DNA from: Camelus dromedarius
Taxonomy: Eukaryota
Length of the DNA: 64,000 nt
Assembly (NCBI RefSeq): GCF_036321535.1
Contig: NC_087437.1
Location: 63,490,001-63,554,000 of the forward strand
Direction: 5' to 3'
Shown here: positions 1-12,643 of the stretch, piece by piece
Numbering within the stretch: the first letter of the stretch is position 1
How the letters are laid out: each line of letters begins with the position of its first letter
The notes under the pieces: model-generated
Database searches by the model: none
What the model was told of the DNA's origin: nothing
The model's input: the letters and a program-made list of their open reading frames with translations, nothing else
Made by a program: the position numbers and the translations under genes

Positions 1-739
1 TCTAGAGGCTTTTTCTGCACCAGCCAGTCCTGGTGTCAGTTTCACAGCAACCCCCGGGACCTCAGCTCTCCAGTAACTGAGCTCTTGCGGAATCTCTTAC
101 AACTGAATGTCTTTTAAAATAAGCCTTCAAACTACTTCTTAGGCCCAGGCTGGTGCCCACTGCAGCCGCTGGAACCCTTCTCTTCCTTGCAGCAGTCCTC
201 ATGACCTCTGTCAGCTTTCCTCTCCCCACTCTCCCTTCTAAAGCATTGCCTCCACCAGCTTGAGCTCTAAAGCCTGGGTGTGGAAGTTACTAGGTTGTGC
301 CAGCTTCTTCTGCAGGGGGCAGAGGGACCCTCCCATCACTGTAGGAACACAGTGGACCCCACAGATGTGAGAATATTTTAAAAGTTTGTTTCCTACTGCC
401 TTCTGAAGCTGATAATTAGAAGTTAGTTCAAGCTTGCACTTTCTGGTTTTATTCCTGAAAAGAGGTAAAAACTGCTTCCTGCCCTGCCCCTCTTCCTCTT
501 TATGCCTATTTTTAGGTCAAGGACTTAATGAACCCCTCCCCACCTCCCTCCAATAAAGCCCCTCTTTCTATCAAAAAGACTTAGTGACCTTAAGGCAGGA
601 CCAAAGGTGCCCCTGTGGTTCTTTTCTTTTTCTAAGAAACTCCAAACTGTGAGATGTTCATCCCACACCATCTATGCCTCATGTCTATTCGGGTCTTTCC
701 ACTTTGTGGCAGATACTTTGAACCAACATGTAACCCATG

Positions 740-1130
740 ACCAATCCCCTTTGCCCTTCTCTCTTCCACTCTAGAGGCCACTGCAGAGGCTTCCTTTGCA
801 GCTAAGACTGGCTCAGTAACACATTTGGCTGAAGTCGGCTAGGGAATTTCTGGGAAAGCTCTAGCTTTTCTGATTAAAACAAAACAAAATTAAAAAAATC
901 ACTGGCGCTCTCATATTCCACCTCTCTCCTGCTTCCTGCCTTGAAAGCATTTTTGATACTTGGTGCTCAGGCAGTCATATTAAAACCATGAGGCAACAAG
1001 CCAGAGTACAAAGGATTGGTTGGGGTGGACGTGGGTTGGGGGTGCAGTAGTGGAGGCAGCATAAAGACCAGCAGCTAAGAGACAAAACTCCTACGGCTTA
1101 GCCTAATTCCAGATAGGACCTTTGGCTGTG
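740..1130. mobile_element. Old ERVL/MaLR LTR relic (LTR33-like)
   Basis: ttctgggaaagctctagcttttctgatt, cttcctgccttgaa and ggcagtcatattaaaaccatgagg motifs. Confidence 0.45.
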
Positions 1131-4100
1131 ATCATCACAAAGGAAATTTTGCAAAAACTGTTCCTAACTGATTAATACCTAATGAGATGCATGTGGAGAT
1201 ACTGTCTCTTTACATGATGGAATACACAGGGGAGAAGACGTAGCACAGAGAAGAAAAAAATTCCTTTCAGACCTTTCTACCAACAGTAAGGGGAGTGCTT
1301 GAGTTGAATGTGGTCTTGTGGTTAAAACATTCTGGAAGAATTTGTTCCTCCCTGGCTGTGTGCATCTAGCTTGACCCAACAGGGTCTAGGGCCTATGAGA
1401 GGAAGTCAATCACGTGAGGTTAAGTAGTAATTTAATATCACTATAGAAACTACTATTTAATCAGGGTCTGCTGATTAGGCCGAAACTATCTACCTCTGCC
1501 CTTTCTTGGTTTGCTCTGCCAGCTTGAGGAGATTGTATTTTCCAGATCTCATATAACTTTGGATCTCTATCTCATCAGTACCACCTTTAGACCCAGGCAA
1601 CCCGAGCCCACATTCCAGAAACCCCTGTTCCTTTGGCTGCACCCTCACCTCAGAGTAAGGGATCTGTCTGCCCAAGGGATGTGCCCCCTGGAGCCACGCT
1701 GTTCTCCATGTTCTAGGCACCCAGGACCTTGGCATTCTCTACCAAAGGCTACCTCTAAGGCCTTTGTGGACCTCTTCCTGTGAGAAGATACTTCTAGGCC
1801 TGAGTGGTATGGTCAAGGGGTATCTGTTTGCCTGGGGGGACAAGAAGGTAGATGAAACTCAGATGTGGGGGTCTGTTGTCTGCCCCTGTGCTTAGGAGGA
1901 CCCCGATGATGCAGAATGCAACTCAGATGAGAACAGCAGCACAGTGGACTGTGCCACCGCCTGGGGAGCACTGCTGCACCCAGGGCGCTGGGGCCTCCAT
2001 GCACAGAGAGCCCGGGGCCGTCTGAAGCGCCGCCAGCTGCCCTGGTGCCCATGCGAGCGGCTGAAGGGCCGCTGGGCTGCTTCCCCCAGCACAGAGTCAA
2101 GTACGAGAGGAGCCAGGGGGTAGGAAAAATACTGAAATTACTGGAAATTCTTCCCTTCTGCCCTGGAATTCATTCTTATCAGAAAAAGCAAACATGGTGA
2201 TGGGCCCTGGCTGTGCTGTGAATCCAATGAGCTGATACTTTAGTGCCTCTTGAAGTACAGCCCAGATGAGGTTTCTGCCCAGACCCAGGGGCTTGGTGTT
2301 TACTGAAGGGGGCTTCCCAGGTAAGGGCTAGCCTGGCCTCATTGAGGCATGTTTACGTTTAAGTTGTGGAGGCTGGAGGAAGGGAAGAGAGAAGGTCTGA
2401 CACAGGAAAGCAGGACTAACTCCTCAGTTTCCTTCCACTTTCACTACCAGTGATATCCTTTCCCCACGCACTTCTTCCCAGCTCACTTCTAACTCAGAAG
2501 TGCTCAACCACTTAGAGAAATTTCGAGGAAGTATCTGGTCTGCACTCTGTCCTCAGAAGTCTTAACAGTGTGGTTCTTGAGAAAAACATGCATATAAAAC
2601 AGTAGGATATGACAGGATAATCAGATGCTTGAAATAGTTCAATTAACAGTTTGTACTATAGGAATTTAGTGGAGATTAAGATGAGGTGTGCAGTGAATTG
2701 GGAAACTGGTTTCTTGCTTCCTGACTCCTGTCTTTCCTACACTGCAGGTCTGACTGTGCCACCCGCTGCTTAATATCCTCCAGCCTTGGGTCAGCTCCTA
2801 GCTCCCCAGCCCTGACCCCTGCTCCTCCCTTCCTTCCTCTAACACATCCTGCCCCAGCCTTGCTTGCCCAGCCCACACATCTGCAGCACAGGTACTTTGT
2901 CCTGGGATCACCTTTGTGGAAAAAGGGTAAACAAAGAAAGTATTTTATCTTCCCTGTCGATTATGGGGTTAGGAATGGGGGCAGAGCGTGAAGGAAGGGA
3001 GCTAGCGTTTATCTGTGCCCTCTTGGCACCAGGCTTGTGATCTTAGTTATTTTGTCCTCGTGGTAAAGTAGCTTTATCCCTATTTTTTATAGAGGAAGAA
3101 CCTAGTGGCTCAGAGTAATTATAAAACTTGCCAAGGTTATGTCAGTAAGTGAAGGAGGCAGTACTTTGCGGTCCAAATCTTGTATTCCTTGAACTTCGGG
3201 ATGTCATTTCTTTTACAGGTCTCACCTGGTTCCTTAAACTCGCTGAGTGTTTCTTATGCATTTCTGTGCCCCAGGAGGAGCACAGTGCCTGCCACATGAG
3301 GGGTGCTCAATAAATGTTTGGTTCCCGGAGAACCAAGGTGGTAGGGTCTGACTCCAGACCTCTTGCCAGTCAAACCAGTAGGGATTTGGTCCCGGGCTTC
3401 TTATAGGGTCTTTCCTCCCCTTTCTCCATCCTATTCCTTGCACTGTTTCCCACCCACATCCTGGCCTCCCTGCTCCCTTCTTTTTCTCAGGGCATACCTT
3501 TATCAAGGATGCCCTTCCTTCTCCCACTCTCTTTTATCCAGCATCAAAGTCCAATTTTAATGCTACCTCCTTCAGGCTACTTTCCTTACGTATGTTTTCT
3601 CCTTAAAGCACTTTATTAGAGGACAGAGGAGCCATGGTAATAGGATGTGGAAGATTCCCAATAATCACATAAAATCATTTATGAGTCATAACCACAGGAA
3701 AGAGTTGACCACTTTGGCCTTTTACAAATGTATTATTCATTAATCATCTCTGTGCCTTTAACTTTATTATAAAGAAAAAAATGATTTATATGTTAAACTA
3801 TTTTTAAAACAAAAACTCCAGCAAAGTGAAAAAGTTCCTTGCCTTGACCCTCACTTCCACCATCCAGAGGCTGCTACGGTGAACAATTTAGGTACCCTTC
3901 CAGAAATATTCTGTGCAAATATAAACCTATCTCTGCATATATTTTTATATATACAAATGGACCTATGGACTGATTTGTAACCTGTTCTTTTTTAAAAAAT
4001 ATCAATCCATAGATAAAGCTCAAAAGTGTCAGTTATAGCTACAGAATAGAAAATAAACTCTGTAAGCCAAAAGTAAAGGAATGGTGAATGGTAAGGGAGA

Positions 4101-4236
4101 GGAGGGGAAGGAGGATGAGAAAACTTTAAGGGTACTGATGTCCTCATCTTACACACTGGGAAGGGAGGCGGTACCATCTAAAACAGACGGATCAAATAAC
4201 AGAGGCTTGAGTATATATGACTTAAAACCATAATGA

Positions 4237-4678
4237 CAGAGGTCAAAAATGGTCAGCCCATTGGCCATATCTGGCACACAGACCTTTTATGTTTGGTCAG
4301 CAGTATTCTCAAAAACTTTGAGCTAAGATTTAAAAATGGAAAATTTACACATACAATTCATTTCTGAATGACTTTTCTCAAAAAATAAGATCCAGCAATA
4401 CTTCCACGTGGCAAAACCTGGTCGGTGGGTGCTACCCCCTGCATCTAAGCGTGTCTTTGCCAGGCTGCTGTAATTCTCCCCCATTCCCAGTCATCTCCCA
4501 GTGCGTGGGCAAGCATCTGTTGCCAGTTATGACTGTGCTTTTCCCCGGCCACATTCATGTTAATAGTGGGAAAGTGATCAGTGGGTAGGAAGAGCCTCGT
4601 GATGTTTCTTGTCCCCACCTGCTTTCTATACTTGTGTATCCTCCCCAGACTCTGTAGGCATTTGAGTTTGTGATCTTG
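4237..4678 (+). mobile_element. hAT-Charlie element (MER102-like)
   Basis: Starts cagaggtcaaaaatggtcagccc, ends ctgtaggcatttgagtttgtgatcttg, matching recalled MER102 termini. Confidence 0.65.
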
Positions 4679-4845
4679 TCGTTAATGTCCAATACAAGAT
4701 CTAAAAATCAAAGAAGGACTGGTGAGAGGGACGCAGTGTCTAACTCAGTGAAATTTCTCATCATTCATAGTGGGAATTCACTAAGTGATTTCTAAATTCT
4801 TAAAGAAATAGACAGAGTGTATTACCTTGAACGACAGAGTTGTTG

Positions 4846-4976
4846 AGGAGAGTATATAGCTCAGTGGTAGAGTGCATGCCTGGCATGCATGAGGTCCTGG
4901 GTTCAATCCCCAGTACCTCCATTAAACAAACAAACAAATTACCTCACTCCCCCCGCCAAAAAAAAACAAACAAAAA
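4846..4976 (+). mobile_element. tRNA-derived SINE (camelid Vic-1-like)
   Basis: A box tagctcagtggtagag, B box gggttcaatccc, then cagtacctcc, attacctc and A-rich tail. Confidence 0.85.
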
Positions 4977-6282
4977 AGAATTACTGAGTTTAATGATAAG
5001 AATAAGAAGATGATTTCAATGATTGAATCTGGAAAGTGATACTATGGCAGGGAGGGGAAAGAGTGAGAGGGAAAGAAACATTTCATCATTTTATACCCTC
5101 AACTTTCACCTTGTACTTTATGTACATTCTTGTTGCTTGAGTTTTTTAACAGTAGGTGAGAATGACTCCTGTAATTTCTAAAAAGCACAATAAAATTGCC
5201 TGTAAAAAGACTTGGCATATCTATCTGAGTTCAATGTCTAGATTCTATTTGATAAAAGGTCAAAGATAAACACACAGTTTACACTGAAAGGAATGTAGAC
5301 AGTCTAGGTGTGGAAAAATATATGGCACTGCATCAATATACATTACACAACTCTGCCAGCAACTAGACAAATGGAAATTAAAATACCTTTAAAGTATTTA
5401 TGTACCTGAAAAACTGGCGACATAAAAGATGCCAAGAGTCCACTGTTGGGGCTATGAGGAAACAGGTGCAACAGGGAACATTGCTGGGAGTGCTGGTTCA
5501 GCGTTTCCAGGGCTCAGACTGGCAGAATGTTACAGGCGCAATAAAACCCTGATGTGCTTTGCCAAGAATTTTGCTTTTGACACTCTGACTTAAAGTAGAA
5601 AGAAAAAAGTAGTTGGTACAGAAATGTTCAGAACACTATTTAAAGTGACAGAAAAGGAGCTAGTTTGTGCTCCAAAGGAGATAATTAAACAAACACATCA
5701 TTTGGGGAGCTACACCCACAAATGGAAATGTGTGCGAATAACACCAAGTGGATAGAGAAGTAGAGCGAGGACATTGCACAGTCTGATCGCTGCCGCATAA
5801 AAGCATCTACGTGTTCACTGCCTAAAATAAGGCGAGGATTTGGAACCATGCAAATAGAGTTATTTTTTGTTCTTTAAGTATGTGTGTTTTTTAAGTTTGT
5901 GGCAATAGTTTACCAATCAGGGAAGAGAAGACAGGTGCTGTCTAGATATATCTGTCTCTTCTAGTAATCAGCCTTTAGGCGCCTATTGTTTTAACATGTT
6001 TCCAATTACTTGACTGTCTGCCTTGAAATGGAAACAGAACTGTGTGGCAAAATGAGCAATGAGAGATGGAGACACCAGATGAGGCTTTTCTTACTCTCTC
6101 TGTTTGCTCATGGAGACCTAAGGAACACGGTATGAAGCACCAGGTTTGACATTCGTCAGTGGGGGTCTCCATGGGCACCCAAGTTCTCAGGAAGGTCTGG
6201 TTTATTTTTTCACATAGCTTTAGTTTCTACAGAACCTGAGATGTTCACAGTCCTCATAATATGCAACTTTCCTCCAACTTTA

Positions 6283-6623
6283 TTTTTTAATTAATTAATT
6301 TATTTTTATCAAGTTATAGTCGGTTTCCAATGCTGTATCAATCTCTGGTGTACAGCACAACTTTTCAGTCATACATGAATATACACATATTCATTTTCAT
6401 ATTCTTTTTCACCATGAGCTACCACAAGATCTTGTACATATTTCCCTGTGCTATACAGTATAATCTTGTTTATCTATTCTATATATACCTGTCAGTATCT
6501 ACCAATCTTGAACTCCAGGTCTGTCCCTTCCCACCCACCTCCCCTGTGGCAAACATGAGTTTGTATTCTATGTCTGTGAGTCTGTTTCTGTTTTATATTT
6601 AAGTTTATTTGTCTTCTTTTTTC
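6283..6623 (-). mobile_element. Short L1 3' UTR fragment (related, somewhat older subfamily)
   Basis: Shares cttttcagtcatacatgaa...gagctaccacaagatcttgtacatatttccctgtgctatacagtataatc with the young L1 3' UTR; TSD cctccaacttta at 6271-6282 and 6624-6635. Confidence 0.9.
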
Positions 6624-7520
6624 CCTCCAACTTTAAATGAAGTTAATCATTAAGATGCAACTTTCTTAAAAGTTGGCCAACACAGGAAAAGTTGATATTC
6701 CTCTGTGCTCTGGATTCTGGCACTACAGAGAAAAATAAAATGTGATCTCCCTTGTCAGCAATCTTGCAACTAATGGATTATCAATTTTTGTAGTGGAAAA
6801 TTAATTTTTCTTCCTCTCTGAAGCCTTTTCCAGCTCTTCCAGTCCATTGTATTCTTTTCCATTGCCATATTCTAGGAAGGTTATATTCTGCTCTCTAGAA
6901 TTTAGTTGGTTGATTAACATAACATGTTGTGGAAAGAATACTGTCCTGGGTTTCTTGTTCCTATGAAGTTGCCTCAAAACTTTTGACAAATCACTGTATC
7001 TCCCTGAGTCTCAGATTCCTTCTTATAAAATCATAATTTAGATGACCCTTAAGGCCCTTTGTGAGCTGAAATTCTATGATTTATTTATTGTAGTGTGTAT
7101 TCCCAACTTCACATGTCTAATTTTTAAAAAAATACTCCTCAGTCCCAGCTCCTGCTAGGTGCCCAGTAAAGAGAGATTATTTGTTCAGTCTGTGAATTTT
7201 CCAAATTTTAATCTCTTGCATCATTAAAATAATGTTCTGCTTTTATATAAGGTAGAGTTTGAGTGTTTGTATTTGATTCATTTAACTGTTTATCGAACAC
7301 TTCACCGTGAACCAGGTCCTGTGTGCATTAATTGTTCAGAACCAGAAGTGTTTAAGGAGGGCTGTATCAGCTTCTGAGGACTGTATGGGATCCACAAATC
7401 AGGTTGGGAGTTGGACCAAATAATCTTGACATTTGTTCTCATCTTTAACATTTTATTGTTTTATTCAGTTCCAACATCTTGGTGTTGGAGTTTTCTTTAT
7501 ATTTTGTTCTGATCTTGTCT

Positions 7521-8064
7521 TATTTTTTAATTGAATGTAATTGACATAACATTATACTAGTTTCAGGAGTACAAAACCATCATTCAATATTTGTATAAGT
7601 AGCAAAATAAACACCCAATGTCTAGTTAATACCCATCACCATAGTACAAAAATTTTTTCTAGTGATGAGAATTTTTAAGATTTGCTCTCTTAGCAACTTT
7701 CAAATATGCAATATAGTATTATTAACTAACTGTGGTCATCATGCTACCATTACATCCCTAGGACTTATTTATGTTATAACCTAAAGTTTGTACCTTTTTG
7801 ACTCCCCTCACCCATTTGACCCCCAACCCTCAGTGACCACCAGTCTGTATCTATGAGCTCATTTTTAGATTCCACATGTAAGTGAAATCATATAGTATTT
7901 GTCTTTCTCTGTCTGACTTATTTCACTTAGCTCAAGACTCTCCAAGTCCATCCATGTTGTCACAAATGACAGGATTTCCTTTCTTCTATATAGCTAATTA
8001 ATATTACATTGTGTATATATATACACACACCACATTTTCTTGATCCATTCATCTATCAATGGAC
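7521..8064 (-). mobile_element. Older L1 3' end
   Basis: Typical antisense L1 3' motifs: ttttagattccacatgtaagtgaaatcatatagtatttgtctttctctgtctgacttatttcacttag and tccatccatgttgtcacaaatg. Confidence 0.85.
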
Positions 8065-11000
8065 AGATTTTTAATAATATACTATACATTTGGACAGCAT
8101 GTTATAGTGTACAAAGCCCTTCTATGTTTATTAGAAGGTAGAAAGTGCTAATTACTCTGTCTCCCATTTCTAAGCTCTTGGGAAGGGAGAGGCAGAATTA
8201 AATGGAATGAAACGTATGAATGGAGGCCCAGTGACTCCCAGGGCACAGCGCTCTCAGGGAGAACTAGGCTGAAGGATGAGGTCGGGTCTCTCATTAGCTT
8301 CTATGAGTTGACTCTGCCTATCCACTCGTGGACAGCGGAGCTGAAGAGTGGTCAGCACCCCCTGAGGGATGAGACCCTGCCATGGGGCTGGGCTAACCTG
8401 CCAGGGGTCCCAGGTACTCCTCACTCAGCCCCTTCCAGGCTTCGTCTACTGTGGGGTTCTTCTTTGAGCACTTATCCTCAGCCCAGAAGCCTTCCGTGGT
8501 TTGGGGTCAGGCTCCCGGCTTGGCATTCAGTGTTGTCCACAGCGCGGGGTAGGCTCCTGGATCAGTGCTCTTCCCAACTGCACTATGACCTGGGCCCACC
8601 ATCTCTGAGCAGTTCTTAGGCTTTGCCTCTCTGACTTCTGTCATATTTCTAACTGGAATCTGGATCCCAAATATACAAGAGTGCTACCCAGGCTCTTCCA
8701 AAAGTCACTTCTACTAGGGAGCCCACCCTGCTTCTCTCTGCCAGTTATGGTCTCCTTCCTTCTGAATCACCTGGGGCTTTCTTATACTTTTTACCTTTGG
8801 CTTCATGTTCTGGTTATTTACGTGCTTGCCACTAAAATGAAAGCCCATTAGGGGTGATTTCTTACTCATTTCTGGGTTCTTCACAGCATCTAGAAGGGTA
8901 CCCTGCCATGGCAGGTATTCAGTAAGGCCTGTGGTTAGATCATAGCTAACAAGGATGCATTTAAATACACTAGAGCACTGTAGTCAGCCTAGTGATGCTA
9001 AAATGCCATCCTTCACAAGCATCTTTGCTTGGCAGTTTGCTGGTTATCACAGAGAGTTGGCTTCTCTTAGGACCAGTGGTGTGACACTAGCAGGAGTGTT
9101 GGGCTGCTGGTCATAGATCTGGGTCTTTGTCTCTAATTTGCTCTGATTTCTGGGCTTTAGTTTCCTCATCCATAAATAGAGGTTGGACTGGATGACTCTG
9201 ATGCCTCTTCCTGCTCTAGCATTCCACAATTCCATAAACATAAAACTTAAACAAGGTTTTAGAGTAGAGACCTAGTGGTATTAGTGTGCCCACCAACTCG
9301 CCCCCAGCGTACGTGAAGTTGTGACACTCAGGAAGGCTGACCTGAGTCAATGGTTTGCAGGTTAACTGAGTTCAGCAAACAGTAACTCTAGGCAGGGTGT
9401 TTGGTGCCCCCTGGGATAAAAGGATGACAGAGGACCAAGAGGCCATCCCTCCATTCAAGAGAGTCCCACTCTCAATCGCTGAGGCTGTGAACCGGCCCCT
9501 CCACACTCATTCCACACACCCCGGCATCGAGTGCTGGGATGCCTTCTGGGAAGGTGGGATGTCAGACCTGATGGCTCCTTCAGCTTCGCTCCCTGTCCCT
9601 CGCCTCTGCTTGAGGACACTCTGAAATGAGAGTGGGTGGGACACAGGAATGTGAGCAGATATCCTGTGTCCTGCCAGCACTGGCTGAGTGGTGTGAGGCT
9701 GAGAAATGGGCCCTCTCATGCTCTCTCACTGGGTGACACACAGGGTCTCTGACCTGCACCTCTAGGAAATGCAGGTCCATCCCCTTCAGAAAACTCCAGC
9801 AGGATCAGGGCAGGCTGACCCGGAGGGAGTAGGGTGGGGGCCCACAGAGTGCTGGAGTGTAGGCGGCTGGCACAGGGCCCGTGAAGTGTGAAGGACTTGG
9901 CTCACCCAGCCCCTCCAACCCTGGGAAGCCTGACAGGGGAGTGAAAAATAAGCCTGGAGGAGCTGGAGCCAGGAAGGCAAGGAAAAGCAAATCAAATCTG
10001 GATCCTGATGGAAAAGGCATGAGGCTGAGGGACCCAGGCACCTGAACATACTTTCCGAGGCCGGTCATGCTGGCCTTGCCTCATCCATGAGCAGGGAGGG
10101 GAGGTTGAGGCCGTCGAGACTGGTTCTGTGGCTGCAGCCTCCACAGCCAGGCTGCTTGGGGGCAGACACCATCCCATTCAGTGCCATGCTCTGTGGGGCC
10201 AGGAGATAGGGAGACTTGCTACAGTTAAGTCCGGAGAGGAGAGGGGAGACACTGGTTTCTGGAAGTGGCGAACATAATGACCTAGAGCCGGTGGGTCCCC
10301 CCCACGCGTAATGAACATTGTGCTTGATTAACAACTTACCTAGGGCAAAGCTCTTATAATAAAGTCAAATCAATCAGCATCCCACCCCAACCCCTTCATT
10401 TTTAACAGCCATGGCATGAGGCTTTTTGGAGTTTGGGGTGAAATCTGGACACCTAGGTGCCAGAATCACTGGTGGAGATGCTGTGTAGAGAGTGTTTCTC
10501 AAAGTGGGGTCCATCAGAGCCCACTAGGGTGCTTGGAGGGTCCCATCCCAACCCCACTGAGGTGAGACCACAGAATCTGCATCTGAACACACTATCCCTA
10601 CGCAGGTTCTTCTTCAAGCCGCTGAAGTGAGATTATTGGCCTGGAGAGGTGGAAGCAAAGGTCAGGGCTGCAGGTTTCAGCTGCACACGGGGGAAGACGT
10701 GGGTGTGGCTGAGGCGGTGGATGAGGAGGAGGGGACTGGACTTCCATGTCCTGTGTAATTTACTTCTGGGAATGATGTGTCTGACAATCTCAGATTGGGA
10801 AAGGTATTTATTGCTCAAGCACATTGGTGACTCATAGAGATCAGTTGGATATACGCTGTTTTCATGAACTGTATGTGAATGTATATAGTGCTTTATAGAT
10901 AAAAAGAGTAAGACTTTTTGCCCCTCCTCCCCAAACCAATTTTCACCCCCTTAGGGGTGATATTGCCCCCATATAGCTTGAATTTTATAGTGCTTTGAAT

Positions 11001-12333
11001 CCTCTCCTGAGGTGGAGGTGAGGGATCAGAAAAGAGCAGAAGGAAAGTTAGGGTGGGAAAAACAGATCTGGGGTACAATGAGCACACAGAAATAAATGCC
11101 ATATAGTCTTGTAGAGTTGATAAAGATGGACTTCAAGTGTGACTGTAAGCTTCCTAAAAATCACGGTCAGGAACAAGACCCAGTCTGTCCAACCAAGGTA
11201 AACTCATTTGCTCAGGAGATGCAATCACAGGACATAACCAATAGGACCTCTGCTCTGGTATGAACCTGTGGATACGTCCCCATTTCCCATGCCTAAGTAA
11301 GGGGAAGTATCTGCGTTTTCAAGGCAGTAAGAGATGCTATTTGGGCTAAAGAGTGGAGGATCCTGGCTCTGTCATTGTCCTCTGCTCTGTGATCCCTGCC
11401 CCCCTGGACCCAAAACTCAGATCCCCTGGGCGTCTGCCCTTCCTCGTTCCTAAACCAGTGCAGGCCCCTCCGGTTGCTCTTCAACTCATCTCCCTGTGGC
11501 CATGAGATCTCTCTGTTCTACATTTGGTCATGCTGCCTGAATCTCTCAGTGTCCCCTAGTCAGGGGAGAGGCATGATCTCTCCGAAGCCTCAGGGGTCAA
11601 AGGTGTGGGTGGGGAGACCAGATTCTAGCTGTGGCAGAATGTGGGTAAGTGCCTTTGGGAGGCCTAGTTCAACTTGCCTTCTTCAGGGAGCAATGGTCAG
11701 CCCTGTGCTTGTAAACTTGGACTTGCCAGGGCTCAAATGATCATAAAACATCAAGATAGGGAACCAAGAACCTCCGTGCCATAGGGCAGTGGTAAGATTA
11801 GAAAGAGCACAGGCTTTGCAGCCAGGAGATCTGTTCTCTAAGCTCTGCAGTGAGCTGGGAATGATGATTCCTACTTCACAGCAGTATTGAAGGGGAAAGG
11901 TGATGCAGTAGCAGAAGTGTGCCAACACAGAGTCGTTCCCCAATGAAATGGTAGGCATTATCCTAGTAATACGATCAGGATCACGGGTCAGTCCATAGCA
12001 CCGCTCTAAAAATCATTTATACTGTCCTAGAACAATCTAAAAATCCTTTATACTGTTTTCTATCCTGCCTTTTTTCACCCAACATATTTTTCAAATAACT
12101 CTGTCAATATAACTTTAATGGTTAATATTCCATTAAATTTGATATGCTACAATTTACTGAATCATTCCTCCATTGGTGGTTATCTAGGTGGTTTCCAGTA
12201 CTTCCGTTTATAAATTAAATTCTGGTGAACATCTTTATACATGAAGCTTTCAATTTCAGAATTAATATCATTTCCTTGGGGTTGATTAGTTTGCAGTAGA
12301 GGGATTATGAGGACAAAGGCTTTGGGCATTTTT

Positions 12334-12643
12334 TTAAAACATTTTTTATTGATTTATAATCATTGTACAATGTTGTGTCAAATTCTAGTGTTCAGCACAA
12401 TTTTTCAGTCATACATGGACATATACACACTCATTATCACATTTTTTCCTCTGTGATTCCCTGTGCTATACAGTATAATCTTGTTTATCTGTTCTACAAT
12501 TTTGAAATCTCAGTCTATCCCTTCCCACCCTCCACCCCCCTGGCAACCACAAGTCTGTATTCTATGTCTATGAGTCTATTTCCGTCCTGTATTTACACTT
12601 TGTTTTTTTGTTTGTTTGTTTGTTTTTGTTTTTTAAATTCCAC
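12334..12643 (-). mobile_element. Short 3' fragment of the same young L1 family
   Basis: Matches the 3' UTR of the L1 at 58240-58575; perfect 16-bp TSD ggctttgggcattttt at 12318-12333 and 12644-12659; TTTT/AA endonuclease site. Confidence 0.92.

Noticed and set aside
1813..2100. GC-rich patch with short ORFs as a possible exon or CpG island
   Set aside because: Too short and CpG-poor for an island; no similarity to MYLK or any protein I recognise
4846..4920. tRNA gene (also 58061-58140 and 34777-34831)
   Set aside because: A/B boxes are present but there is no intact cloverleaf, and the longer copies carry SINE body and A-rich tails
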